Positions 1 to 13,916 of a stretch of DNA of 64,000 nucleotides are shown piece by piece. The stretch lies in contig OZ024741.1 of assembly GCA_964016885.1 (NCBI GenBank), positions 45,508,001-45,572,000 of the forward strand. The letters run 5' to 3'. Origin of the DNA: Eledone cirrhosa. Lineage: Eukaryota. The notes beneath the pieces are model-generated. The model did not search any database, was not told where the DNA came from, and saw only the letters and a program-made list of their open reading frames with translations. Within the stretch, counting starts at the first letter, position 1, and every line of letters starts with the position of its first letter. The position numbers and the translations under genes are program-made.

Positions 1-1262
1 GTGTCTAACATCCTGCTCCCATATTCCTCTCCAGAATGTTTTAGCTTGTTCCGCCCCAGGGATCAAGTCGTTGCCTCTTTCTTTCCCCTCAAGCTGTCCA
101 AACAGCATCTTCTGGTTGTTGTCGAACATGCGGTTCTGTTTATACTGACTGACTCTGTTCTCGTATCGCCTGATTTTGGCACTCTTTGCTACAATGCGTT
201 GCTTCAATTCCTCTATGATAATATTTAGCTTTTTACTCCTAGTTTTGTATTTTATTTCCAGTTATTTTTAGTGCCTATGTTTTTTAGTGTCCCATTCAGT
301 AGTGACTCAAGCTTTCCTATGTCATTTCTCATTTCCTCGATTTGCCCACTCAGTCGCTTCTTCCACCACGGCTCTGCTCTTTCTTGTCTGTTGTTTCCTC
401 TCGCTTTTATACCAAGTAGTTTCCTCACCGTATTTGCTGTTGCTTTGAGGATATTGTTGCACTGGTGAAGACTCCTCGCCTCAAGGTATGGGATGACTTT
501 GTTTACCTTAGCTGTTGTTTCTTTTAACTTTTTCCTGTCTACAAATCTTAGGTTCATAGGTCTCCCACTATCATTGTTCAACTCATCTACCACTAAATTT
601 AGGATGTCAACCGAATCTTGTCCTAGCCCGTCAGCATTCATCTCCTCAGTGGCCGTATCTCTGTTCCAGGTATTATTTATCTCAGTATTCAGATCATTGT
701 CCGCTTCGGGTGGTTCCTCCGTTCTCAGGACCTCCTCACCTTCATTTCCCGCCGGCTAGCTTGTCTGGCATACTACACCCGCCATCTCCAAGCCATTCTC
801 TCTGCTCAGTTCCTCCAGTTCCAGCTCGCTTATCCACCCATTAGTTCTTATTACCCGAGCCTGCCCGGCCAATTTTTGTTCATCTAATTTAAATAAACCA
901 ATCTCGTTCCAGATGTTATGCATCCGTCTCCTGTAGCCCCTCTCCTTGGGGTTACTTTTCAGGTAGCATTGCATAACAGTTCTATTCAATTCTTTCGTCC
1001 AGTTGGTTCTGGCCCCTTTCCTTCTTCTTCTTCCTCCAACATCAGCAGTATTTGGTTGACAGTCAGGTTCCTGCTGCTGAGCCAGGGGGCACCTGTTGGG
1101 TGAGAGTCTGTCACATGACGTTCTAGTCTCCATTTCACCGTTATTCGAACTGTTTATGTTCGATATTTAAACACTCTTATCGAGGATTGGCGAATGTATG
1201 TTTACATAGCCATCTGTGGATCCGCCATCCCACTTGGCCCTTGTGTGGCATTATCACCACGC
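1..1262 (-). mobile_element. 5' part of an R4/Dong-type non-LTR retrotransposon (disrupted ORF, continues off the left edge)
   Basis: ORFs 756..1133 and 252..641 encode WTKELNRTVMQCY..RGYRRRMHNIW..EQKLAGQARVIRTNGWISELEL and PWWKKRL, typical of the R4/Dong/Rex6 N-terminus and homologous to the 2695..5787 protein. The 5' boundary is uncertain. Confidence 0.8.
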
Positions 1263-1707
1263 TGTATACGGACACACATAAACAAACAAACACACGGGCA
1301 GAAAGGGCCCCAAAAATGAATAAGCATAAGTTTCATTGTAATGTAGTATTCGAATGTCTGACTTAGTTTTTGTTTTTTAAGTTTTACTTTTTCCCCCCTC
1401 TTCTCTGTCCGTCCGCCTGCTTCTCTCTTCATTCTTATTTTCTTTACGTTTTTGGGGTGTCTTTTTTTGTTTTTGTTTTTCTCTGTTTGTTTTTCTCGTT
1501 TTTTGCTGTTGTTGCTGTGCTGCTTTTGTTGTTTGTCTTTTCTTTTTTCTTTTGAGTCTATCTATCTATTTTGATGCCTTCCTCTTTGTTAGTAGTAGGA
1601 ATTCTATAATGTGGAAGTGGCAGCCAGCAGAGACTGGCGGCGTTGGCGATACTGAGACAGTGGTGGTGGTGATGTCGATACCGAGGCAGTGCTGGCGGTG
1701 ATGCGAC

Positions 1708-2350
1708 CGTATTACTGTAGTGATGGTGCTGTAGCGGTGGCAGCAGCAGTGAAGGAGTCAAGGGGTGGTGGCGGCGGTGATGGGATAGTGGTGGTAATGA
1801 TGGCCGTAGTGAGCGGTGGCGGTGAAGGTGAAAATGCTGTTGTGTTTAGTGTACACAGATGATGGGGTGGGTGGTGTATCTAGTTTCTGGTGTTGGTGAG
1901 TTTCGCTGTCCTATATAGTGTAGCCAGAGGAGAGGAGGGGGGGGGGGGGTTCTTCTTCTTCCATTTATAGCCATTTTATTTTTTTGGGATATACAGTGTA
2001 CAATACAAAGTTGAATATTTGAATATTTGAGCCGTATTACTGTAGTGATGGTGCTGTAGCGGTGGCAGCAGCAGTGAAGGAGTCAAGGGGTGGTGGCAGC
2101 GGTGATGGGATAGTGGTGGTAATGATGGCCGTAGTGAGCGGTGGCGGTGAAGGTGAAAATGCTGTTGTGTTTAGTGTACACAGATGATGGGGTGGGTGGT
2201 GTATCTAGTTTCTGGTGTTGGTGAGTTTAGCTGTCCTATATAGTGTAGCCAGAGGAGAGGAGGGGGGGGGGTTCTTCTTCTTCCATTTATAGCCATTTTT
2301 TTTGGATATACAGTGTACAATACAAAGTTGAATATTTGAATATTTGAGCC
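1708..2350 (+). repeat. Tandem direct duplication of about 320 bp
   Basis: ccgtattactgtagtgatgg...gaatatttgagcc occurs at about 1708-2033 and again at about 2032-2350, nearly identical. Confidence 0.9.
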
Positions 2351-2516
2351 TTATAACAATATATTTTGGGTCCGAATTTTTTTGGGGCTCAAGCCGGGTG
2401 CTTTACGTAGCATTTGTACTAAGAGTTGTTATTTCACAAATGATTTAAATATGTTAAAAATTCAAAACTTACGGGAGCGATTTCATGACCTCCGTTACCT
2501 CGTGCGTCTTCTTCCC

Positions 2517-2554
<38 letters not shown>

Positions 2555-5500
2555 TGCATTTATCTTGCTTTATGTTTATACGAGTTATCACCAAGTCACA
2601 ACCAGTGACCTCAAGAGACAACAAGGTCCGCCATGTTCAAGAAAGAACACACATATTCACACATGCATCCTTAGTGTTTAGACTTGTGATGTACTTATAT
2701 TGACAGGATCTTCCTTAGTATATGGGCAGTTCCCATTAGTACTATCTTTTGTATTTCTCCTATACGCGGGTTTCCTGGGATTTGCGATAAGTAGTCGTTA
2801 GACCCCTTAGGTATCATTCCCAGAGCGCCTACAACCACTGGTATTGTTTTAGTTCTCAATTTCCACATTTTTCCAATTTCTATCTCCAGGTCCTTATACT
2901 TGCTCAATTTTTCAAATGTTTTTATAGATACATTCTTGTCTATTGGAACAGACATATCAATTAGCAGGCATACCCTCCTTTGAAAGTCCTTCAATATTAT
3001 ATCAGGTCTATTTGCATCTATTTTTCGGTCTGTTTGGATGCTAAAGTTCCACAAGATTGAGATGTGATCTTTTTCAAGTATGGGAGGTGGTTGATGCTCC
3101 CACCAATTCTTTTGATGGGGCAGGTCAAAATGCTTGCACATTATCCAATGTATGTATTGTGCAGCTCTGTCATGCCTGTTTAGGTATTCGGTTGGAGCTA
3201 TAGGACTGCACATTGAAATTATATGGTCAATGGTCTCTGGTTGTTTTTTGCATACACGGCATAATGGGCTGCACCCATTTTTTATTATGTTGGCTTGGTA
3301 ATTTTTTGTTGGCAGACACTGATCTTGTGCGGATATAATCAGTCCTTCAGTCTCCGATTTCAGTCCAGAGGATGCCAACCACTGATGGGTTAAAGTTTTG
3401 TCAACATCAGGATTGTTAGCTCGCTCTGGGTATTTTCCATACAGAGGCTTTTCTTGCCATTTCTTAGCCAGTTTCTGTAGCAGTTCTTTCTTTGCAGTTA
3501 CTTTTACCTGCTTTGCTTTTTCTGTGTTTTCCATTTCAGCAGTAAATGGGACTTCTGAAATTTGTAGTCCATTACTGTATCTTTGTGCATCTTTTGTAAT
3601 GGAATATGATCTATTGGTGCTTTCGTGTTTCAAAACGAGTTTGATCATCCAATCATGTGATTCCCTTAGATATGTGGATAATCCAATTGTTGCAGTTTTC
3701 AACGCAATGTCTAACTGGATTAACCCACGTCCTCCTTCTTTCCTAGGGAGATATATTCTATCTATGTCTGCCTTAGGGTGATGCATTCTGTGCATGGTTA
3801 AGAATTTTCGGATTTTTGTATCGAGCCTACGGATCTCTGTGCTTGACCAGTTGATGACATTGTAACTGTAGGTTACTACTGGTATGGCAAGCGTGTTTAT
3901 GGCATCGATCCTATTCCTTGCATTCAATTCCGTTCTTAAGATTGCTCTGACTCTGCGGTAACATTCCTTCCTTATCCTTTCCCTCATTGTCGAGTGCTTG
4001 ATTCCGTCTCCTTCACAAACACCTAGATATTTGTAAGTTTGTTCTTGATCAAGCTCTCTTATCACGTTCCCCCGATCAAGATTAATGTCTGAACTCTTCA
4101 GCAGCTTTCCTCTGGTGAACGTTGCTTTGGCGCATTTATCCAGTCCAAACTCCATTTTAATGTCATCACTGAACTGCTTCACAGTGGATAATAGCCCTTG
4201 CAATTGTTCATCATTTTTTGCAAATAGTTTCAGGTCATCCATGTAGAACAGGTGATTAATGGTTTTGTCATAGACTCTATATCCATGTTTTGTTTCATTG
4301 AGCATTTTACTTAATGGTATAAGTGCGATGCAGAATAAAAGCGGTGATAAAGAGTCACCCTGAAAAATTCCACAATTAATGTTAACTTCTCCAGCTTCCA
4401 GTGATTTTGTTTCACTATTCAAAAGGAGTGTCGTTCTCCATGTCCTCATACTGAATGACAAAAACCTCCTGATAACGGGGGATATTTTGAAAATCTCTAA
4501 ACATTTTTCAATCCAACTGTGTGGCAAACTATCAAATGCTTTTTTATAATCTATCCAAGCAATCGATAGATTTTTGTGTCTATTATGACAATCTTCCAGT
4601 ATCATTTTGTTAACCAGAAGCTGATCCTTACAGCCATATGAGCCTCGTTTACACCCTTTCTGCTCAATGGGAAATAGGTCATTTGTTATCAGGTGGTCAT
4701 ATGTGTATTCAGTTAGGACTGATGTTAAAATTTTATACATTGTGGTCAAGCAGGTTATCGGTCTGTAATTTTTGGGATTGTTTGTCTCATCATTCTTCGG
4801 TAGCAGGAATGTAATGCCGTTAACTAGCCATGATGGTATCTTTTCTGGCTCCTTAACTATTTCATTGTAAAGTTGGGCTAACAGCTCATGAGACTCTGTG
4901 AAGGCATTTATCCAAAAGTTTTGTATTTTGTCTTTTCCTGGGGATTTCCATTTGCTGGTTTTTCTTAGAGCCAAGCGCAGCTGTTCAACTGTTATATTTT
5001 CCCATGTTTGTTCTTCAAGGTGAGCTGTTTCTTTCATTTGTCTGTCTATCCATGGGGCATGTATGTTATGAACTTTTTCTTCGGCCCAGATCTTTTCCCA
5101 GAATTCTTGCACTTCCTCCTTGGGTGGTATTGATTTAGCAGTTATTGTTGACTTACCAATTTTTCTGTAGAAGTTTCTTTGGTTGTTTTTGAACATATTA
5201 TTGTCCTTATAGAATCTAGATCGTTTTTCAAAGCGCCTTATACGAGCAGCTTTGGCCGACACTTTTTGCTTGATTGTTTCTATCAGCATGTCTATGTCAC
5301 ATGTTGATCTTATACTGTACTTTTTTTTCAATTTTCTAAGTTTAGTTTGTTTAACATGTTCACCTACTTTATAGTTTGTTAAAATTTCTATGTCAGATCG
5401 GAGAAGGTTTATTTGGCGATTGATGTTATCTTGCCAAGTAGATTTCTTGTGGGAATTCCTTTGTTTTTTCATCTTCACTCCACATAAGTGAGTGGTGACT

Positions 5501-5944
5501 TTAGCCGATGCATAATAGAGATGATTTAAGTCAGTAATGCTTAGTTTGTTTGTGATGATAATGTTTTTGAGAATTATGTTTGTCTTGTGTATTATCTTTT
5601 GGTTCTGTTTGGAGTTCTGGATCTTAGGGAGGGTGTCTCGTTCCCCCATGTCAGATTCTTTCATTTTCATCCATTCGATCATAATTTCATCCTTCAAGTT
5701 GGCAAGTTCATTCTCATTCATTTCTTTATCATTTACGATCTCATTATTTTCATTTGGAGTTTCATCCTGAGCATGCACTCCCTCCACTTTTTCGCTCCTT
5801 TCTTTAATTTGTTCTGTTGCCAGTGATTCCGCCCCAACTCTGGGATTCGAAGTGTTACAGTTTACCTCGTTTTCACTGACACATGCTTCATTTTCCCTTC
5901 GCTGACTTTGTGCTACTAGCTTGATCTGATCAATTTCTATATCA

Positions 5945-5946
<2 letters not shown>
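2555..5946 (-). mobile_element. R4-clade (Dong-like) RLE retrotransposon, 5'-truncated, inserted in a (TAA)n microsatellite
   Basis: (TTA)n flanks both sides (2517-2554 and 5946-6005). Single RT-CCHC-RLE ORF followed by a 3' UTR of about 140 bp. Confidence 0.92.
2695..5946 (-). CDS. Reverse transcriptase + CCHC zinc knuckle + restriction-like endonuclease (uninterrupted frame, N-terminus missing)
   Basis: Motifs KSPGKD, NYRPITCL, EQKG, WIDYKKAFDS, GIFQGDSLSP, YMDD, YKYLG, CRVC..ETIDHIISMC, RHD, RPDI..IDMSVP..KLSKYKDL. The frame stays open upstream of the GTG at 5787 to TDIEIDQIK at the TAA junction. Confidence 0.92.
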
Positions 5947-6007
<61 letters not shown>

Positions 6008-6147
6008 ATTTAAGCATTTTTGTAATATTTATTTTATTAACGGAATTGCTGTTTTGTTTCAAAATTTATGATGCAATATTTCTATAAATTTCATGCTGCA
6101 TAAAATCCAATAATCACCATCAGCAATATCTACAAGTTATCGTTATG

Positions 6148-6200
<53 letters not shown>

Positions 6201-6349
6201 TACACATGATTTATATTAAAATATATCCATTGAAACGCGACTGAATATGTTGGCAAAGATATCCTAGTCTGCATATATTTCGTATAACCCGCACATACAC
6301 AGACATTGACACACATACGCACACATACACATATATATATATATATGTT

Positions 6350-6382
<33 letters not shown>

Positions 6383-6508
6383 ATATTTTAGGTCATGTAA
6401 TGGAAGTTTGCTGTGGAAAATGAATTATTCATTCACCATCATATATAATATTCTCGTATTAGGCAGGTAATAACACATCCTGATACAGACACACACACAC
6501 ACACACAG

Positions 6509-6544
<36 letters not shown>

Positions 6545-6578
6545 TTATTTATATATATTCATATATATATGTATGTAT

Positions 6579-6632
<54 letters not shown>

Positions 6633-6638
<6 letters not shown>

Positions 6639-6997
6639 GAAGTGTGACACACGAGTTGTGATATATGAGTAAAAAGGAAAAGAAAATGGTGACAAATTTT
6701 TCCCAGTGAAAAATAGTTTAATTAGGAATAAGTATAAATTAGTAATAAGTATTGGTTAGTATTCAGTTTTAGTTTTAAGATTTTACCGGTTGCGCATTCC
6801 TAATGCTTTTCAAAAGTAATTTTGAGATACAGCTCTATCTCAAAATTATTTTTGAAAAACATTAGAAATGCGCAACCGGTAAAATCTTAAAACTAAAACT
6901 GAATACTAACCAATACTTATTACTTATTTATACTTATTCCTAATTAAACTATTTTTCACTGGGAAAAAATTGCATGCATTTTCTTTTCCTTTTTACT
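6633..6997. mobile_element. Fold-back (palindromic) PLE terminus remnant with two decayed HHR motifs
   Basis: 6668-6997 is a near-perfect palindrome centred about 6832. Each arm has ttgaaaa-(g/a)catt..aatgc-gcaa-ccggta. 6633-6708 resembles 16246-16322. Flanked by (TA)n. Confidence 0.7.
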
Positions 6998-7127
6998 AAT
7001 ATATATATATATATATATATATAAATATATATGTGTATATATATATATAGGTAAGTTATTCCGGGCTGAATCGGGGGTAACCATATATATATATATAAGA
7101 TCAAAAGATGATTAAAAGAGTTCCATG

Positions 7128-7196
7128 TATTTTATTATGCGCATTTCAAAAACAAATATCATCATGCAATAATATTTGTTTTCATCAGATAAAATA
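7128..7196 (-). ncRNA. Type I hammerhead ribozyme motif
   Basis: Mirror copy of 9465-9535 with the CTGATGA/GAAA core intact. Confidence 0.82.
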
Positions 7197-9464
7197 GGAA
7201 GACATGATATGAAGGTTAAAAAACACTTGTGAATAGTGCAGTTTTAAATCAACATATGAAAAGCAGCTTTAGATTGATGTGTGATATTGGGAAAAAAATG
7301 TTTATGGGGGGGAGGTTGGAAAGGATGAAAAATAGGAGGAGATGAGAGTAAAAAGGTGAGGGGGAGGAGTATAATGAGGAAGGATGAGATAGGAGGAGAG
7401 ATGGGTGATAGAGAGAGAGAGATAGCTTTTATAACTGAGAAAAATATATGGTTTTACATAGAGAGGTTGAAAAACCGTTGAAGATAATGTATAAATTAAA
7501 AGAATTTGAAAATTAACGAAGAGAAAAAAATAATGTAAAGTTAAGGTTTGTATATTGAAGGGTTTAATAATAGGTGCGATGAAAAAGAAAATGTTAATAT
7601 GTATTAAGAATAATATGGTTTAATAATATGTGCGATGGAAAGAAAATGTTGATATGTATTATTAAAAAAAACACAAGTAATGTAAGTAAGGATATATTGT
7701 GAGATGAGCATGAGTAAGTTAGATGAAAGGGGGAAAAAATAATTAATTGAGGATGAATAATCTAACGTCAACAAAAATGTTTATGTTTACGAAGGATTTT
7801 TTCAAGGTGATATAAAGTAAGAATATATTGTATTGTGTAATAATTGTTTCAATGTTAGGCACAGTGAGAAAAGGTACAGATTAGGGGTACTCCCGACGTC
7901 ATTGTAAACTCTAGGCTAATTTCTGCAAAGTCAAATACAACGTCAAACACAACTTCGCTAAATGTTCTTAATCCCATTCTAAATCAAGAAACTATTATTC
8001 CTATCGCAAATAACTTCTCCAATCCAATTCCTTCTATAGATAACACTAGGTCACTCGTTAATAATCTCCCTAATCGCAATTGCAATTGCCCTGTTAAAAA
8101 TAAATGTCCTCTCAACAACCATTGTCTTGATAAAAACTTAATCTACGAATGTAAAGTTATAACTGACACCAATTCCTTCACCTATTTTGGCTCCACTTCC
8201 ACCTCCTTTAAAGCTCGTCTTTATAACCATCATTCGTCTTTTAAATACCAACTTAAAAGAACCAACACGGCTCTCTCAGAATTCATATGATCCTTGAAAG
8301 ACAAACATATTAAATATAACATCTCTTGGAAAAAGGTTTCTTCTGCTTCCTCATACTTGAACAGTTCTCTATCCAAGACTTGCAATCTCTGTCTAAATGA
8401 AAAATTTACCATTATATCTAATTTAGATTCTATAATAAATAGACACACTGACTTGTTTTCTCTCTGCTTGCATAAATTCCACAGAACATTCCATAAAGTC
8501 TACAGCTAATATCCAATACTTTATCAATTTAGAATCCTTTTCTCAAAGGCACATATATATATATATACTTCTTTAAAAATATACCCATCTTTCTACCTTA
8601 TTTCAAAGTTATTTATTATACATTATATAATACTTGTTACTCATTCTATATCACTCCTATTTATCACTTCCCTTTCTTCCTTTTCCTTTTCTTTTCTTTT
8701 TCTTTTAATTTCTAACCCCTAATCTGTACCTTTTCTCACTGTGCCTAACATTGAAACAATTATTACACAATACAATATATTCTTACTTTATATCACCTTG
8801 AAAAAATCCTTCGTAAACATAAATTTTTTTTGACGTTAGATTATTCATCCTCAATTCATTATTTTTTCTCCCTTTCATCTAACTTACTCATGCTCATCTC
8901 ACAATATATCCTTACTTACATTACTTGTGTTTTTTTTAATAATACATATCAACAATTTCTTTCCATCGCACATATTATTAAACCCTTAAATATTATTCTT
9001 AATACATATTAACATTTTCTTTCCATCGCACATATTATTAAACCATATTATTCTTAATACATATTAACATTTTCTTTTTAATTGCACATATTATTAAACC
9101 CTTCAATATACAAACCTTAACTTTACATTATTTTTTCCTCTTCGTTAATTTTCAAATTCTTTTAATTCATACATTATCTTCCAACGGTTTTTCAACCTCT
9201 CTATGTAAAACCATATATTTTTCTCAGTTATAAAAGCTATCTCTCTCTCTCTATCACCCATGTCTCCTCCTATCTCATCCTTCCTCATTATACTCCTCCC
9301 CTTCCACTTTTTACTCTCATCTCCTCCTCTTTTTCATCCTTTCCACCCCACCCCCTAAACAATTTTTTTCCCAATATCACACATCAATCTAAAACTACTT
9401 TTCATATGTTGATTTAAAACTGCACTATTCACAAGTGTTTTTTAACCTTCATATCATGTCTTCC

Positions 9465-9535
9465 TATTTTATCTGATGAAAACACAAATATTATTGCATG
9501 ATGATATTTGTTTTTGAAATGCGCATAATAAAATA
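9465..9535 (+). ncRNA. Type I hammerhead ribozyme motif
   Basis: tattttat-CTGATGA-long stem II-GAAA-tgcgc-ATA-ataaaata: 8-bp stem I, palindromic stem III ATGCGCAT, AUA site. Confidence 0.85.
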
Positions 9536-10230
9536 CATGGAACTCTTTTAACCATCTTTTGATCTTATATAATATGTATACTCCAGTCCTACAAACTGTA
9601 GAGTGCTTCTTATCCGATATCTGCATTGCTTTATTGTACTACAATAAAACTCACCTCCTATATATATATATATATATACATATATAAATTTATAAATATT
9701 TCTAGTACGAAGAGCTATTTAATATTTTGAAACTGTGCACCAACGTCTCCAAAGCAACGAAGGCAACACATTGCCTTTAGCTGACGTTTTATGTTATGTT
9801 CTTATAATGTGGCGTTCTTTTGTTTCATCTTTGCTAAATTGCCAAATCTATTTGTGAATCTGCCATCAATCTTGTATTAATTGAGTACATATTTAATTAA
9901 TTTCTATTTGATTCTCAACTGTATATATTTCTAACCTTTACATGATGCCTATAAAATCCTTTAAAATTGATTTCCCTCAGGACCTTAAGAAAACAATCTC
10001 TTATGATTTTAATCGTTCCAGAATATTTTCAGTTACAGTGAGACATAAGAACATTTGAACATCAAAGTATATGACAAAACTCTATCGATAGTGCATACAT
10101 ATCTTTCAATACTCTACGAATATTGTGCACAAAATATATTGATTAATATTTTGATATATACACAACTCTAAGAAACAAAGTAATCACATTATATATACAC
10201 TACGTGCTATATATACGCACTCACTCACAC

Positions 10231-10382
<152 letters not shown>

Positions 10383-10474
10383 ATAGATAGCTAGATAGAT
10401 AGATAGATATAGAATATATATACACACACGCACAGACACACACAGAGACACACACACACACACACACACACACT

Positions 10475-11400
10475 TTTTAAGTATATTTATTTGTTTCCTT
10501 TGGCTGTTTCAAGGTTCTTATGATTTTCAAAAGTAAAATTGTGAAGGAGGGTTTGTGGGTTTTTTCGCCTCTGGTTGGTGTTTCAAAATTATTTCTGTTT
10601 TGTGTGGAAAGAGTGGTTCGAATTGCTGGGAGCTTTTTAAAAAATGGTTATTCTGGTTGATGAATTTCGCGACAGTTCACGTTACAAAGTTCTTATTGTA
10701 TTTGCCTTTAGAAATGTGGCTTAAATTGTTTTTTTTTTATAAGACCATAGCTAAATATACTTTAACATACTTTAATATTTTAACACCTCAACATGCTAAC
10801 TATACCCACACACACATAACACCCTTCCCCATTTCTACTAATGAAATCATTTTCCTACACACACACACACAGACACACACATCCGCACACAAATAAAAAA
10901 ATATATTTCTCCTTTTCTACCCTGCCACCACCATCACCGCCGCCACCACTATCGACACAAACATTTAATTTGTTTCAGTAGAAAGTCTGAATTGTAACAC
11001 CCCAGCACATCAGCCATACTCACTGAACCAGAACGATTTCTCTCTTTCCCATGTCTTGACCATTATCATTTGTTTGGCACAAAGCTCTCTATGACAAACT
11101 ACCTATATTATATGGCCGATCAGTGAAAATGTCAATAAAGACGAATTGGTGTACTTATTCACGTGACAGTCATCAACCAAATTATTATTTGTTAAAACCC
11201 TAGCAATTCGAGCCACTCTTTCCACATAAAACAGAAATAACTTTCGAACACCAGCCAGATGCGAGAAAAACTACAAATCCTCCATCTCAATTCTACTTTT
11301 GAAAAGCATAAGAACTGTGAAACCGGTAAGGAAAACAAATAAATAATCTTAAAAAGACTCCAGTTGCATTTTCGATTTCTTTTCCTTATACTTTCATTCC
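10475..11400 (+). mobile_element. Short 3'-end copy of the Neptune-like PLE family with an inverted arm
   Basis: About 10740-11390 matches the ORF end and 3' UTR of the 16.4-21.4 kb element. 10475-10665 is inverted to 11170-11355. HHR-like TTGAAAA..GAAACCGGTA at 11296-11331. Confidence 0.72.
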
Positions 11401-11764
11401 TGTAGGAGATCTGGTTTTTTTATTAAAAGAAAAATCATTTTCTTATGTATATATATTTATATATATATATATATATCTTATCATGCAGATGAGATGATTA
11501 CTCTAAATGCTAATAATAGCCAAGAATTACATTTGCCGTTGGATTATGTACATGTATTTGTCCCAGTAAATGCATATATACATAGCATCCATAGGTATTC
11601 AATTGCCGATGGGTTATAGAACCACCGTTGTTACATGCAGCATGACTAAGGAATTTAAACCTGGCGAAGCTCATTCCTCTCAAGATATGAATATATAAGA
11701 AAATGAGTTTCTATTAGATAAAAAAAAACGAGATGTCGTACACGAGTGAAAATATAAGCAAAAG

Positions 11765-11858
11765 AATTAGAAAATGCAGCTGGAGTCTTTTTAAGAATAT
11801 TTATGTTTCCTTTACGAGTTTCACAGTTCTTATGCTTTTCAAAAGTAGAATTGAGATG
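11765..11858 (-). mobile_element. Solo PLE terminus fragment with a decayed HHR
   Basis: Reverse complement of 11284-11380, with the HHR-like part at 11810-11845. Confidence 0.65.
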
Positions 11859-12178
11859 AAGTACTTACACTCAACCATTCATAAAAATTAGAATAAAATC
11901 TTAGCCTATTCTCCGCATCCAATGATATATGTTTGTGCGAATTTGTCGATTTACAACTTTTAAGTGACTAGATATTAGAATTAGAGATCGTTGGGGCTGC
12001 ATTATGAGAAATAGGCAGAATACACAGCACCTATCTGAACTATTTCTTGCAGTACACTGATGATTGAATATTTGCCAATCAGATGACTTTTCTTTGGACA
12101 GAAATTGCAGCTCAATTCATGTCTATAGAAAGAAAATATTCCGACTAAGGAAAACAAATACTTGTTGATTACAGAATT

Positions 12179-12268
12179 TGTATGTATGTATGTATGTATG
12201 TATGTATGTATGTATGTATGTATGTATGTATGTATGTATGTATGTATGTATGTATGTATGTATGTATG
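12179..12268. repeat. (ATGT)n microsatellite, representative of dozens of (TA)n, (CA)n, (GA)n and (TACA)n tracts in the window
   Basis: Direct reading. Confidence 0.95.
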
Positions 12269-12822
12269 CAAGTCTATATGCATATATGTATGTTTGTACG
12301 TATGTATGTATGTCTGATGGATGGGTTGATGAATATATGAATTAATGTACTTATGTATGTGTATATATATATATGTGTGTGTGTGTGTGCGTGCGCGCGC
12401 GTGTGTGTGTCTGTGTCAATGTCTGTGTGTATGTGTGTGTGCGTGTGTTTGTGTGCGTGTGTGTTTATTTGTATATATACAAATTCGTGGTGAATCTTCG
12501 ACAATTAGGAAGTATTCATACTTTAAAGATTATGAAATGGGAGTCGAAAAAATAAAAGAATTAAGATTGAAAGAAAAACATTTGAATTATTATGAAGCTG
12601 TATCCTCCACTCGATTCCTTTCCTTTTAAACTTTACCAAATATAGAATTAAATAATTAATACCAATTTTAGAAATATGACGAATATCAAAACTACTAAAT
12701 TATATATGATACATATATATGTTATTTGGATTACCCGCCGATGTCTACTAGTGGAGATTGACTGAAATTTTAATCAAAGTTTAGTGTAAATAATTTAAAT
12801 CAAAGTTTAGACCTGCAAAATA

Positions 12823-13041
12823 CACGGTGGGCCAGAATTCAGGACTCGCTTGTTAGTTATATTTCTTAACATGCTTATTTTATTCGTATTGTATTGTTTT
12901 AATTTATTATTTTATTTCTTAATATGCTTAGCAGGTTTCTTAATTTATATTTTTATTTCTTAATATGCCTCACATATTTTTTTATTTTGTGTTAATAGAT
13001 CTATAAATAATCAAGTGAGTCATGAATTCTGGCCCACCCTG
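12823..13041. mobile_element. Tc1/mariner-type MITE
   Basis: TIRs of about 30 bp, CA(C/G)GGTGGGCCAGAATTCA(G/T)GACTC(G/A)CTTG, with a TA on each side. Confidence 0.85.
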
Positions 13042-13369
13042 TAGTTACCATATCATAAGAAAAAAGGTGGAGATTTCATTTTTTAAATGAATATGGTTGG
13101 ATAAAGGTATTTCTGCAATCATATTTCAAGTATGTAAATCCAAAATAAAATAAAATTAGAGCATTAATACATGAAAAGAAGGTAAGAACTCGTGTGTGAC
13201 CTCCCAAATATTGATAAACAATGCAAAATAATCACACACGGTACGATGTTGGACTAAAAATTAACAAAATGGGAATATTAGAGAAAGTGTCTCTTGAGAG
13301 ACAGAAGAATATAGTATAATATTTATTAATAATACTCTGTCATATATTCTGTTTAGAATGTATTATCGT

Positions 13370-13800
13370 AATTGGCAGTATCAGTAGAACGTCGGACAAT
13401 ATGCTTCGCGGCATAGAGTTACGTCCCTCTAGGTCTGAGTTCAAATGCCGCCGAGGTTAGCTTCGCCTTTCATCCTTAAAGGGTCGATAAAATAAAGTAA
13501 TGCACTGGAGTCGATTTAATCGACTTTCCTCACCCCTTCAAATTGCTGGCTTTGTGCCTAACGTAGAAACAATTTTTTATTATCGTTATTGGTAGTATCG
13601 ATAGAGCGTCCGACAATATATTTCGTGGCATAGAGTTTGGTCTCTTTACATTCTGAGTTCAAATGCCGCCGAGATTAGCTTTGCCTTTCATCCTTAAGGG
13701 GGTCTATAAAATAAAGAACCAGTAACACACTGGGGTCAATTTAATCGACTTTCCCCTCCCCCAAAATGGTTGTCCTTGTGCTTAAATCAGAAATCATTAT
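13370..13800 (+). mobile_element. Two tandem tRNA-derived SINEs (Meta-domain-like family A)
   Basis: A-box-like tggcagtatc, B-box gagttcaaat, central gcctttcatcctt..gggtc(g)ataaaataaag, tail gtgcctaa..agaaac-(att)n. Copies at about 13370-13575 and 13588-13800. Confidence 0.8.
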
Positions 13801-13916
13801 CTTTATCATGATATAAAATCCAAACAAACTGTTCAAATATGAAAATCTGAAAACTGGGTCCAAACTATATTGCCGTTGGATATTTTCTTCATAGGATCAT
13901 TGAAATGAAACGACTA

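Larger units (their letters stand above)
7094..9659 (+). mobile_element. 5'-truncated Naiad-type PLE (GIY-YIG fragment) with an inverted duplication of its 3' end of about 800 bp
   Basis: About 8080-8509 encodes CNCPVKNKCPLNNHC..NLIY..TYFGSTSTSFKARLYNH..CNLCLNEK..CLH with one stop. 7094-7888 is the reverse complement of 8715-9570. (TA)n on both sides. Confidence 0.88.

Noticed and set aside
1216-1260. SECIS-like spacing GTGA-N11-AA-N18-GA
   Set aside because: Helix II does not pair directly above the GA quartet, and the motif lies 5' of the ORF.
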